This document shows positions 1 to 11,179 of a stretch of 64,000 bases of DNA, in pieces (the first letter of the stretch is position 1; each line of letters starts with the position of its first letter). The stretch is taken from the NCBI GenBank assembly GCA_036397815.1, contig DASWIE010000083.1, positions 20,067 to 84,066 on the forward strand. The letters are read 5' to 3'. The translations under genes and the position numbers were made by a program. The notes under the pieces are model-generated. The model worked only from the letters and a program-made list of their open reading frames with translations, made no database searches and had not been told where the DNA came from. Source of the stretch: Candidatus Limnocylindria bacterium (GTDB lineage Bacteria; Chloroflexota; Limnocylindria; QHBO01).

Positions 1-653
1 TGGTCCTGACGCTGGTCATCTACCTGCTGATCCACAACTTCATCGCCCAGCCGTTCGAGGTCGACCAGAACTCGATGATGCCGACCATCCAGCCGCGGGA
101 GTACGTGCTCATCGACAAGCTGTCCCCGCGCTTCAACGATTACGGGCGCGGCGAGGTGGTCGTCTTCCAGCCGCCCGAGGACTACCAGCAGGGTGGCATC
201 CCGTTCATCAAGCGCGTGATCGGGCTTCCCGGCGACACGGTCAGCCTGGAGAACGGCGAGGTCTTCATCACGCCGGCGGGAGGCTCGCCGGTGCTGATCG
301 ACGAGCCGTACGTCGCGGTCGGTACGGATGGGCGGACCGTGCCAACCCAGCCGCGTGACGCGGCGAGCACGACGCGATGGATCGTGCCGGAGGGGTCGTA
401 CTTCGTGATGGGCGACAACCGGTTGCAGAGCCAGGACTCGCGCGTCTTCGGGCCGATCGAGCGTGCGCTGATCGTCGGCCGCGCATGGCTGCGCTACTTC
501 CCGCTGGACCGGATCGGGTTCGTCGAGCGACCGGAGTACCCTGGGCTGCCCGATGAGCAGGATGGTGGCGAGGCCGCCCTGCGCCCGACCCTGGTCCCCT
601 ACGCCCTCGGCGGCTCCTCGGCGACGATCCAGGCGTCGACGGCACGGGCGTAG
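1..653 (+). CDS. lepB: signal peptidase I (5' end outside window)
   Basis: The frame of ORF 75..653 stays open back to nt 3. Catalytic-Ser box N-S-M-M-P-T at nt 69-86, plus IKRVIGLPGD and GDNRLQSQDSR boxes typical of type I signal peptidases. The last 55 nt overlap the convergent ndk. Confidence 0.85.
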   Translation, partial: VLTLVIYLLIHNFIAQPFEVDQNSMMPTIQPREYVLIDKLSPRFNDYGRGEVVVFQPPEDYQQGGIPFIKRVIGLPGDTVSLENGEVFITPAGGSPVLIDEPYVAVGTDGRTVPTQPRDAASTTRWIVPEGSYFVMGDNRLQSQDSRVFGPIERALIVGRAWLRYFPLDRIGFVERPEYPGLPDEQDGGEAALRPTLVPYALGGSSATIQASTARA

Positions 654-1066
654 TCCACCAGTCCATCGGTCCCGAACCAGAGGGTCAGCTCGGATTCGGC
701 AGTCTCTGCCGCATCCGAGGCGTGGACCAGGTTGCGCAGGCCGCTGATGCCGAGATCGCCCCGAATCGTGCCCGACTCCGCCTCGTTCGGCATGGTGCCG
801 CCGACGAGCCGGCGGACCGTGGCGATCGCGTCCGGTCCCTCGAGCGCGACCGCGGCGACCGGGCCGGACGTGATGAACTCGACCAGGCCGGTGTAGAAGT
901 GCTTGCCGGCGTGGACGGCGTAGTGGCGCTCGGCCATCTCGCGCGGCACCTCCAGCAGTCGCAGCCCGACCACCTTCAGCCCCTTCCGCTCGAAGCGGGC
1001 CAGCAGCTCACCGATCAGCCCGCGCTGGACGCCGTCGGGCTTGACGAGAACCAGGGTACGTTCCAT
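599..1066 (-). CDS. ndk: nucleoside diphosphate kinase
   Basis: Only the last 155 codons of ORF 599..1924 look real, starting MERTLVLVKPDG (ATG at 1064-1066). Active-site His box NLVHASD. The upstream part of that ORF is Arg/Ala/Pro junk. Confidence 0.9.
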   Translation of the reverse strand: MERTLVLVKPDGVQRGLIGELLARFERKGLKVVGLRLLEVPREMAERHYAVHAGKHFYTGLVEFITSGPVAAVALEGPDAIATVRRLVGGTMPNEAESGTIRGDLGISGLRNLVHASDAAETAESELTLWFGTDGLVDYARAVDAWIVAEEPPRA

Positions 1067-1083
1067 GCGGGGTCGGGCGCTCC

Positions 1084-1874
1084 TCAGGTGCGGGCTGCGC
1101 GGTCGTATGCGTCCGATGCCTCGGCTGGCCGTCCCGCGGCGCGCAGCAGGTCGCCGTAGAGTAGCAGGCGGTCCGGACCGGTCCCCAGCTCCAGGGTCGG
1201 CTCCATGAGCGCCACGCCATCGGCCGCGATCCGCGGGTCGAGGCGCAGCGCCAGCCCGAGCTGGCGGTCCCCCTCGTACGCGTTGCCGACGCTGTACGAC
1301 CCTCGAGCCGCCTCCAGGCGGGCATGGGCGCCGGCCGTCCGTTCGGGCGACGGCACCGGCGGCGGTGACGCCGCGGTCGGCCCCCCTGGAGTGCGTCGCT
1401 GGGCGGGGCGCAGCGAGAGTGGCACCGGCCATGCGAGGCGCGACGGGACCCCGCCGCGCAGGCGCCACGCCTCGTCGATCCCGACGTCCCCAAGGACGCG
1501 CTCCATCAGGGCCGCCGCTCGGTCGGGGTCGCCCGCCGCAGCGAACGCCTCGGCTTCGATGAGCAGCACGATCGGCCGACGGCGCTCGATGCTGCCCGCC
1601 CGGATGGCCTGCACCACGGCGCCGGCGGCGAGTGGCCGGCCCTGCCGCCAGAGCGCCTCTCCCAGCAGCGCGCGGGCCGCGTCGACCTCGTCCCACGCCC
1701 CGCTTCCGCCCGCGTCGAGGCGCGCGATGTGGCGGCGCAGGACACCCTCGGCCAGGCCCGGCAGCCCCGAGGCAAGCTGCGTCCGCGCCAGCGCCAGCTC
1801 GTCCGGCAGCAGGTCGACGTAGGTGACCTCCGAATCGGGCGGGGCATCGTCCGCGGTCACGGCTGGCCGATCGG

Positions 1875-1878
<4 letters not shown>
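1084..1878 (-). CDS. hypothetical protein, Ala/Leu-rich helical repeat (TPR-like)
   Basis: 264-aa ORF. Its start overlaps the stop of the upstream M16 peptidase gene by 4 nt (1875-1878). Composition is helical-repeat-like; no specific motif recognised. Confidence 0.5.
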
Positions 1879-3209
<1,331 letters not shown>

Positions 3210-3210
3210 G

Positions 3211-3678
3211 CTAGGCGTCCTCGTCCTCATCGGCGGCATCGGGCGACATCAGCAGCTCCATCTGGATGAAGCGCAGGTCGCGTGCGAGCTCGTCGGCGTT
3301 GCGCGGCAACGGGCGGCCGGATGGCTGCTCCTCCCCCTCGCCCACGCGGGTGATGCCGGCGGCGAACTCGATCACCACGCGCTCGGAGCCGATCACCAGG
3401 GTGTAGACCAGCAGCTGTTCGGAGGTGGTATCGAACTGGAGGTAGTCGAACGAGTCGAGGTTCAGGCAGATCGAGAGCGGGGTGAAGTAGCTGGCGATCT
3501 CCGGATGGTCGACCACGATCCGCTCCACCCAGCCGGTGCCGGTGCTGGTGACCTGGTTGCCGCGGTAGTAGGTGTAGGTCACGGTCTGCTTCAGCAGCGG
3601 GCGCAGGACGTTGTAGATGTCGCTCCGATTGGTGACGACGCCAGTGTTGATGTAGAGCTTGGCTCGCGCGTCGGACAT
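3211..3678 (-). CDS. hypothetical protein with acidic C-terminal tail
   Basis: Last 155 codons of ORF 3211..4347, starting MSDARAKLYINTG (ATG 3676-3678). Normal, non-junk composition, ends DAADEDEDA. Abuts the M16 peptidase gene. No family recognised. Confidence 0.5.
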   Translation of the reverse strand: MSDARAKLYINTGVVTNRSDIYNVLRPLLKQTVTYTYYRGNQVTSTGTGWVERIVVDHPEIASYFTPLSICLNLDSFDYLQFDTTSEQLLVYTLVIGSERVVIEFAAGITRVGEGEEQPSGRPLPRNADELARDLRFIQMELLMSPDAADEDEDA

Positions 3679-3774
3679 CTCACGCTTTGCTGGCTGCGGT
3701 GGGTCGCCGGCGAGTCTACACCTGGACCGATGGCGCCGGCCGCGACGGCCGGCGCGCGATTCGGCGCTGCTACG

Positions 3775-4626
3775 ATGTCGCCCGTGAAGCTGCTCGCGGC
3801 CGACATCGGCAACTCGAATATCACGCTCGGGCTGTTCGTCGACGACGAGCTTGTGGGCTCGTGGCGGGCGACCGCCCGCGCCACGGCGACCGCCGACGAG
3901 GTGGCGGCACTGACGACCCAGATGCTTGCGCTGGACGGGCATCGACTCTCGGAGCTCGACGCCGTGGCCCTCGCCTCCGTCGTCCCGCCACTGACCGGCA
4001 CGTTCGAGCGCTTCCTCCGGCAGCGCGGCGGCCTGGAGCCCGCGATCGTCGACGCAGCATCGCTGCGCGGCGTGCTGCCGATCGAGATCGACCGCCCGGC
4101 GGAGGCCGGCGCGGATCGCCTCTGCAACGCGCTGGCCGCGCAGATCGAATTCGGCGGGCCGGCGATCGTGGTCGACCTGGGCACGAGCACGAATTTCGAC
4201 GTGGTGAGCGCTGAGGGCGCCTACATCGGTGGAGCCATCGCACCGGGACTGGGCCTCTCGCTCGAGGCCCTGGTCGGCTACGCCAGCAAGCTGCCGCGGA
4301 TCGAGCTGCGGCGGCCGCCGCAGGCCATCGGTGCCAACACGGTGCACGCCATGCAGTCGGGAACGGTGCTCGGCTACATCGGCCTGGTGAGCGGCCTGCT
4401 GACCGCCCTGCGAGGCGAGCTGATCGAGCGCTCGCCGGCCGGCAGCCGCGTGACGGTGATCGCGACCGGCGGCTACACCTACGAACCCTGGCTGCGCGAG
4501 GTGCCCGGCATCGACGCCATCGAGCCGGACCTGACCCTGCGCGGCATCCGCTACGGCTGGGAGCGTATCCGGGCCGCGACAGAGGTCGAGTCGGCGACGG
4601 TCGAACCACGGACGCCAGACCGATGA
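3775..4626 (+). CDS. coaX: type III pantothenate kinase
   Basis: N-terminal LLAADIGNSNITLG and central DLGTSTNFD / GGAIAPG motifs of CoaX. ATG at 3775. An alternative GTG at 3784 lies 7 nt after a TACGAT box. The stop overlaps the coaBC start (ATGA). Confidence 0.85.
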   Translation: MSPVKLLAADIGNSNITLGLFVDDELVGSWRATARATATADEVAALTTQMLALDGHRLSELDAVALASVVPPLTGTFERFLRQRGGLEPAIVDAASLRGVLPIEIDRPAEAGADRLCNALAAQIEFGGPAIVVDLGTSTNFDVVSAEGAYIGGAIAPGLGLSLEALVGYASKLPRIELRRPPQAIGANTVHAMQSGTVLGYIGLVSGLLTALRGELIERSPAGSRVTVIATGGYTYEPWLREVPGIDAIEPDLTLRGIRYGWERIRAATEVESATVEPRTPDR

Positions 4627-5891
4627 CCGAGCAGCGCGAACCCCTGGCCGGGCGTCGAATCGTGGTGGGGGTCTCAGGCAGCATCGCGGCCTACAAGGCA
4701 GTGGCGTTGGTCCGCCTGCTCGCGGAGAGGGGCGCCGTGGTCGACGTGGCCATGACCCCGGCCGCGGCTCGGTTCGTCACCCCGCTCACCTTCGCCTCGC
4801 TCACCCATCGCCCCGTGGTCGACGACGTGATGGCGCTCGACGACGATCAGCAGATTGCGCACGTCGAGCTGGCCGAGGGGGCCGACGCGATCGTCATCGC
4901 GCCGGCGACCGCCAACGTGCTGGCCGAGCTGGCGGCTGGCCTGGTCCGCAACGCCGTCACCGCCATCGCCTGCGCCAGCCGTGCGCCGGTGATCCTGGCG
5001 CCGGCCATGGACGCCGGCATGTGGACCCACCCGGCCACCCAGCGCAACGTCGAGACCCTCCGCGGATTCGGACACATGGTGGTCGAGCCCGAGGTCGGTG
5101 CACTGGCGAGCGGCCTGACCGGAGTTGGCCGGCTGGCGGAGCCGGGCACCATCGCCGAGGCGGTGGAACGCCTCTTCGCCCGGTCCGGCGACCTGGACGG
5201 ACTGCACGTCGTGGTCAGTGCGGGCGGCACGCGCGAGCCGCTCGACCCGGTGCGCTTCATCGGCAATCGCAGCAGCGGCAAGATGGGCATCGCGATCGCC
5301 GAGGCGGCGCGGGACCGAGGCGCCGTCGTGACGCTGGTGGCCGGCGCGATGAGCGTAGCGCCGCCCCGCGGAGCAACCGTGATCGAGGCAACCACCGCCG
5401 CCGCCATGCGCGAGGCCGTGCTGCGCGCCGCCCCAGCGGCCGACATCCTCGTCATGGCGGCTGCCGTATCGGACTTCGCTCCCAAGCGGGCTTCGGCCAA
5501 GAAGATCAAGCGCGAGGGCGCCGGGATGCAGGTCGAGCTCGTGCCCAACCCGGACATCGTGGCCGAGGTCGGCGAGATGCCCGAGGGCGTCAGGCCATTC
5601 CTCATCGGCTTCGCGGCGGAGAGCGACGACCTGGAGGCGAACGCCACCGGCAAGCTGCGCGACAAGGGTCTCGACCTGATCGTCGGCAACGTCGTCGGCG
5701 GACCATTCGACGCCATCGGCTCGGACGAGAACAAGGTCACCGTCTTCGGGGTCGAGGGTCCGCTGACCGACTGGCCGATGCTGCCCAAGCGCCAGGTCGC
5801 GGAACGCCTGTGGGACCTGATCGTCGACCGCTACCGGAAGGCGCGCTCGGCGCCGGCGGAGCCCCGTCCCTCCCGCTCGCGGCGACGCTGA
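4623..5891 (+). CDS. coaBC: bifunctional phosphopantothenoylcysteine decarboxylase / phosphopantothenate-cysteine ligase
   Basis: N-terminal flavoprotein motif RIVVGVSGSIAAYKAV and C-terminal CoaB-type region (ISNRSSGKMG-like IGNRSSGKMG). 422 aa. Confidence 0.9.
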   Translation: MTEQREPLAGRRIVVGVSGSIAAYKAVALVRLLAERGAVVDVAMTPAAARFVTPLTFASLTHRPVVDDVMALDDDQQIAHVELAEGADAIVIAPATANVLAELAAGLVRNAVTAIACASRAPVILAPAMDAGMWTHPATQRNVETLRGFGHMVVEPEVGALASGLTGVGRLAEPGTIAEAVERLFARSGDLDGLHVVVSAGGTREPLDPVRFIGNRSSGKMGIAIAEAARDRGAVVTLVAGAMSVAPPRGATVIEATTAAAMREAVLRAAPAADILVMAAAVSDFAPKRASAKKIKREGAGMQVELVPNPDIVAEVGEMPEGVRPFLIGFAAESDDLEANATGKLRDKGLDLIVGNVVGGPFDAIGSDENKVTVFGVEGPLTDWPMLPKRQVAERLWDLIVDRYRKARSAPAEPRPSRSRRR

Positions 5892-5896
5892 CCTGC

Positions 5897-6751
5897 GTGG
5901 AGATCGTCCGGAACGCCCCGGACCTGCGGGTCGCGATCCTCAAGCATCGCGTCGCCGGTGATGCGGTCGGCTTCGTGCCGACCATGGGCATGCTGCACGA
6001 CGGCCAGCTCTCGCTGGTCCGTCGCGCCAAGGCGGAGAACGGCTGCGTCGTGGTGAGCTGCTTCAGCAACTCGCACGAGTTCGCGGCACTGGACGAGGGC
6101 AGCCACCTTCCGCGCGACGAGGGGCGCGACCTCGCCCTGCTCGAGCGCGAGCAGGCCGAGATAGCCTTCCTGCCCGGAGTGGCCACCCTCTACCCGCCGG
6201 AAGACCTCACCCGCGTCACAGTCGAGGGCCTCACCCGGCAGCTGGAGGGCGCCTCGCGACCGGGCCACCTGGACGGCCTGACCACGATCATGCTGAAGCT
6301 GGTGAACCTGGTCGGCCCGGCGCGGCTCTATCTCGGCCAGAAGCACGCGCAGCAGATCGTCATCCTGCGACGCATGCTGCGCGACCTGTTCATGAACGTC
6401 GACCTGGTCATCTGTCCGACCGTCCGCGACTCGGACGGCCTGGCGCTGTCGAGCGCCAACGCCCAGCTCTCCATTGAGGAACGGCACGCGGCGGCGTGCC
6501 TGCCCGCCGCCCTCCGAGCCGCCAAGGAGGCCTACGACGCCGGTGAGCGCTCAGCGGAGGTGCTGCGGGCGCGCATGACGGACGCGGTCGCCGCGGAGCC
6601 GATGGCGCGCCCTGACTACATCAGCATCGCGGACGCGGAGAGCCTGGCGGAGCTGCAGCGGATCTCCGGGCCGGCGCTGGCCCTGGTCGCGGCCTGGATC
6701 GGCCGCACTCGACTGGCGGACAATCAGCCGATCGGCTGGGAGGCGACCTGA
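5897..6751 (+). CDS. panC: pantoate-beta-alanine ligase homologue (divergent active-site motifs)
   Basis: C-terminal 284 codons of ORF 5021..6751 starting at GTG 5897. PanC-like FVPTMGMLHDG, LEGASRPGH, DGLALSS and LVAAWIG..RLADN. Several signature residues are substituted (see finding). Confidence 0.75.
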   Translation: MEIVRNAPDLRVAILKHRVAGDAVGFVPTMGMLHDGQLSLVRRAKAENGCVVVSCFSNSHEFAALDEGSHLPRDEGRDLALLEREQAEIAFLPGVATLYPPEDLTRVTVEGLTRQLEGASRPGHLDGLTTIMLKLVNLVGPARLYLGQKHAQQIVILRRMLRDLFMNVDLVICPTVRDSDGLALSSANAQLSIEERHAAACLPAALRAAKEAYDAGERSAEVLRARMTDAVAAEPMARPDYISIADAESLAELQRISGPALALVAAWIGRTRLADNQPIGWEAT

Positions 6752-6853
6752 GGCGAAATCGAGCGCAAAGTACTAGTGACGCTGGGTCCGCGCTTCGTAT
6801 GATGCGCGCTGTCACCGCGGCCCCGGGTTCCCGGGTGCTGCCGCGGCGCACGA

Positions 6854-6890
6854 GGAGGCCGGCGAGTGCCCACGTCCGGCCTCCTTCCTT
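6854..6890 (+). terminator. stem-loop downstream of panC (possible intrinsic terminator)
   Basis: GGAGGCCGG (6854-6862) pairs with CCGGCCTCC (6876-6884), 13-nt loop, followed by TTCCTT. About 100 nt after the panC stop. The T-tract is weak. Confidence 0.35.
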
Positions 6891-6990
6891 GTCCGTCTCG
6901 CACGCGAATACACGCCTGTGATGGTGGCCCGATGGCCGGTGACTATCTCGGGCGCCGTTGTACTCGTGGCAGTGGTAGCGAGGGCGCTGG

Positions 6991-7587
6991 CTACCGGTTC
7001 TGACCTTTCGGTCGCTCCGCGGCGCGCAGCTCCGCCTTGTAGGCACGCTTGGAGGCCTGGTAACGCTCCAGCGCCTCCGGCGAGTCGACGTCGCCAAGGG
7101 TCGGGTGCTTGGGAGTCACCTCGTCGAGCCCGGGCAGGCGCAGCCCGAATCGCTTGCCGAGGATGGCCAGCAGCGAGCGCACCTTCATCTCCCCGAACGA
7201 CGGCAGAGCCATCAGCCTCGCCTGGAGGTCGCGGCCATCGCCCGCATCGGTCCAGACCCGCGACGCCTCGCCGCCGTACTCCTTGACCAGGTAGGCGCAC
7301 AGCGCCTGGACCCGCCTGGCCATCGCGCCGGGAAACCGGTGGAGCGCCGGCCGCTGCCGGAACACCTGTGCCAGCTCTTCCGGATCCATGGCCGCGATAC
7401 GCGCCGCGTCCAGGTGCCCGATCCGGCGCCGCAGCTCGGCCGGTCCGCTGAAGGCCTTCTGGACCGTCACCTGCTGGTCGAGGGCGAAGCCGATGAGAAG
7501 GGCGAGCGGGTCGGTCGCCAGCATGCGATCCGCCTCGTCGTCTCCGGTGAAGTGGAGCCGGTCGACCGGCGTCGGTGTCGTGGTCAT
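6991..7587 (-). CDS. HhH-GPD-type base excision DNA repair protein
   Basis: LHFTGDDEADRMLATDPLALLIGFALDQQV and PSFGEMK motifs of the small HhH-GPD family. ATG at 7585-7587 chosen because a TACGAT box lies 6 nt upstream. The ORF-track start at 7623 is a TTG. Confidence 0.75.
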   Translation of the reverse strand: MTTTPTPVDRLHFTGDDEADRMLATDPLALLIGFALDQQVTVQKAFSGPAELRRRIGHLDAARIAAMDPEELAQVFRQRPALHRFPGAMARRVQALCAYLVKEYGGEASRVWTDAGDGRDLQARLMALPSFGEMKVRSLLAILGKRFGLRLPGLDEVTPKHPTLGDVDSPEALERYQASKRAYKAELRAAERPKGQNR

Positions 7588-7593
7588 GCGGCC

Positions 7594-7599
7594 ATCGTA
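7594..7599 (-). promoter_or_regulatory. putative -10 box TACGAT, 6 nt upstream of the ATG (leaderless-type)
   Basis: The minus strand reads TACGAT-GGCCGC-ATG. TANNNT hexamer at leaderless spacing. Same arrangement seen at several other genes in the window. Confidence 0.3.
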
Positions 7600-7637
7600 C
7601 GCCGAGGTGTCGGCCTTCACCAATAAGGCGATGACCC

Positions 7638-7840
7638 AAAGTTGTCACATACCAACCTAGTTCACGGTAGACGCGGGGCGTGGGCTCCGTACGCTAGCTG
7701 GCGGCGTTCGCTGAGCGTGGCTCGCACCGGCACAACAGCCCAGTGCGGCTGACTTGCTGCCCAACGCCAACTTGGTTGGAGTCTGACGACGAATGGACCG
7801 ATAGGGCCCGGTGGTGACGACCTGGTTGGAATCTGACGAT
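7638..7840. repeat. 203-bp inverted-repeat element, decayed copy (copy A)
   Basis: Left arm AAAGTTGTCACATACCAACC...GGTAGACGC (7638-7674). Two direct right-arm copies: AACGCCAACTTGGTTGGAGTCTGACGAC (7763-7790) and GACGACCTGGTTGGAATCTGACGAT (7816-7840). Ungapped identity to copy B at 48448-48650 is 27/36 (left arm) and 35/47 (right arm). Confidence 0.6.
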
Positions 7841-7859
7841 GTCGGCGCGGCGCGCCGAC
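7841..7859 (-). terminator. GC-rich hairpin immediately after the stop of the 7860..8963 gene
   Basis: GTCGGCGCG-G-CGCGCCGAC is a near-perfect 19-nt palindrome directly abutting the TAG stop. No U-tract. Confidence 0.3.
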
Positions 7860-8963
7860 CTAGAGGCGCGCCAGCAGCGACTCGGCGTCGAGCGCGCCGC
7901 CGACGAGGTCGATGATGGTGGCGATCTTCTCGACGTCGGTCGGATGGGTTTTGACCAGGATCTCGTTGACCGCCTCGGCGGTGGAGTAGGTATCGGTCGC
8001 GACCAGGTAAGCGAAAAGGCCTTCTCGCTGAAGGGAGGCAAGCAGCCGTGGCGGCGGACGGAAGCCGCCGGTCAGCACGATACCGGTGACCCTCGATCCC
8101 GGCTGGCCATCGCGGTCCGTCCGGTTGGCGACCAGGGCCGCCATCAGCAGGTCCTCGCGGTCGCCGGGCGTGATGAGCAGCGTGCGGTCACGCAGGAGCG
8201 GGATGGCGTGCTCGGCCTGCATGGCACCGATTGCCACCCGGCCGATCGTCCGACCGGCAGTCGCCTCGCCGGCCAACAGCTCGCCGTCGAGGTGGGTAGC
8301 GATCAGCTCCAGCGACGGGTTGGCCAGGAATTCGCTGTACGGAATGCAGCCCAGCAGCTCGATCCCGTGCTGGGCCAGGCCGCGCGCCAGGACCTCGGGC
8401 AGGTGCGGCGCGGCGGCGGTGTCCACCTTGTTGACCACCGCGCCCAGGATCCGCGCGTCGTGGCGCTGGAAGAGGGCCTGGTTGAGCACGATCTCGTCGA
8501 TCGGCCGGCCCACGCCACCCTCGCTCACGATGATCACTGGCGCGTCGAGCAGCGACGCGACGCGAGCGTTCGATAGGCCTATCACCGCGCCCACGCCGGC
8601 GTGCCCCGTCCCCTCGATCAGCAACAGGTCCTTGTCGGCCGCGATCCGTCGATCCGCCGCGGTGACCGCGGCCTCCAGATCCTCGTCGATCCTGCCGAGC
8701 ACGTAATCGGTGGTGAAGTGGCGCGGCAGCGTGACCGGGCTCATGTCGTTCAGCGCATCGGGCAGGTCGAAGACCTCCTTCATGAGCACGGCGTCCTCAT
8801 CGGCTCGGGTGCCGTCAACCACCAGGTAGCGCTGGCCGATCGGCTTGAGGAAGCCGAGCCGATGCCCGCGCCGGGTGATGGCGGCGGCCAGGCCGAGCGA
8901 GGTGGTCGTCTTACCGCAGTTCTGGCCCGTCGCCGCCAGGAAGATCCGGCGCGCCGCGCTCAA
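7860..8963 (-). CDS. P-loop NTPase + DRTGG domain protein (stand-alone Pta N-terminal-domain-like)
   Basis: Walker A-like ATGQNCGKTT at the N-terminus, DRTLLITPGDREDL (DRTGG-type) segment. Overall it resembles the regulatory N-terminal half of long phosphotransacetylases, with no PTA_PTB catalytic domain. Confidence 0.7.
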   Translation of the reverse strand: MSAARRIFLAATGQNCGKTTTSLGLAAAITRRGHRLGFLKPIGQRYLVVDGTRADEDAVLMKEVFDLPDALNDMSPVTLPRHFTTDYVLGRIDEDLEAAVTAADRRIAADKDLLLIEGTGHAGVGAVIGLSNARVASLLDAPVIIVSEGGVGRPIDEIVLNQALFQRHDARILGAVVNKVDTAAAPHLPEVLARGLAQHGIELLGCIPYSEFLANPSLELIATHLDGELLAGEATAGRTIGRVAIGAMQAEHAIPLLRDRTLLITPGDREDLLMAALVANRTDRDGQPGSRVTGIVLTGGFRPPPRLLASLQREGLFAYLVATDTYSTAEAVNEILVKTHPTDVEKIATIIDLVGGALDAESLLARL

Positions 8964-8972
8964 GTGAGTCGC

Positions 8973-9578
8973 TCAACCCCGCGGCTTGGACCGCCGCTCG
9001 ATGAGGTCAAGCCCCTCGCGCAGCCGCTGGAGCAGCTCCGGGTCGATCATCTCCGGCTCGAGGTGCTCTCCGAGACGCTCCATCATGTCGGCCGCGATCG
9101 CCAGCAGGATGTCGGCATCGGCGATGAAGAACTGCGGCTCGTTGTTGTAGCGGACCAGGGTCAACCGGCCCTGGAGCGACGTGCCGCCGTCGCCGTGCGA
9201 GATCTGGGTCCCGAAGTTGTGCCCCTGGATGCCATCGGGGTTGTTCAGGAAGTTGAGCGCGTTGTCGATGGCGAGCCCGAACCGGGCCCGCCAGCTGACG
9301 ATCCGCTCGTTGACGTCCGGCGGCACGCCGATCTCGCCCACCTCCTCGAACACCTCGCGGGTCACGGTCAGCAGCCCGACCAGGGTGGAGCCGGCCCGGT
9401 TGCCGAGCATCACCTGCAGCGAGCGCTCCAGGGTGAACACGTCCGAATCGAAGCGGGGCGAGGTCGTGACCTCCGCCAGCAGGTCCTCGACATTGTCGAG
9501 TGCACCGGCGTCCCCCAGCGCGGTGGCGAGGTTCAGGATCTCCTCGCGGAAGAGGAACCGCTCTTCGTGGTCGAGCAT
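8973..9578 (-). CDS. hypothetical protein (201 aa)
   Basis: Clean ORF with balanced composition, 10-12 nt gaps to the flanking minus-strand genes (gdh upstream, DRTGG downstream). No family recognised. Confidence 0.55.
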   Translation of the reverse strand: MLDHEERFLFREEILNLATALGDAGALDNVEDLLAEVTTSPRFDSDVFTLERSLQVMLGNRAGSTLVGLLTVTREVFEEVGEIGVPPDVNERIVSWRARFGLAIDNALNFLNNPDGIQGHNFGTQISHGDGGTSLQGRLTLVRYNNEPQFFIADADILLAIAADMMERLGEHLEPEMIDPELLQRLREGLDLIERRSKPRG

Positions 9579-9589
9579 GCGTCGCCCGC

Positions 9590-10858
<1,269 letters not shown>

Positions 10859-11179
10859 CTGGTAGCTGGATGCCTCCTGTTCGAGACACGACCCGGCGCC
10901 TCTGCGCGCCGATCGAGGCGGAGGCTGGCCGAACCGCGGACGGTTGCCGATTCTAACGCACGCCGATCCGCGGTCACCGGTACGAACGGGGTGGCGCGCA
11001 CGCGGTAGGATCGGATCATCGCCACCGCCGACGTCCTCGAGGCCACGCCGCCCGACCTGGCGCCGAGCCAGGCCGAGAGCGCGGCGCGCGCCATCTTCGG
11101 GGTCGAGGGCACCGCGCTGCCCCTCGTCAGCGAGCGCGACCAGAATTTCCACCTCACCGATGCGGCCGGCGCCGAGTGG

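Noticed and set aside
6752-6990. tRNA or other small RNA gene in the panC / HhH-GPD intergenic gap, and in the other gaps longer than 100 nt
   Set aside because: I saw no cloverleaf-compatible arrangement (acceptor stem, T-loop GTTCGAATC-like box), only palindromic CCGCGG/CCCGGG stems and a terminator-like hairpin. tRNAscan or Infernal would be the decisive check.
7763-7840. Tandem 14-mer copies as a minimal CRISPR or other regularly spaced array
   Set aside because: Each locus has only two direct copies, spaced 49-50 bp start to start (7776 and 7826; 48586 and 48636). There are no cas genes, and the units are degenerate and paired with an inverted copy. An inverted-repeat element fits better.
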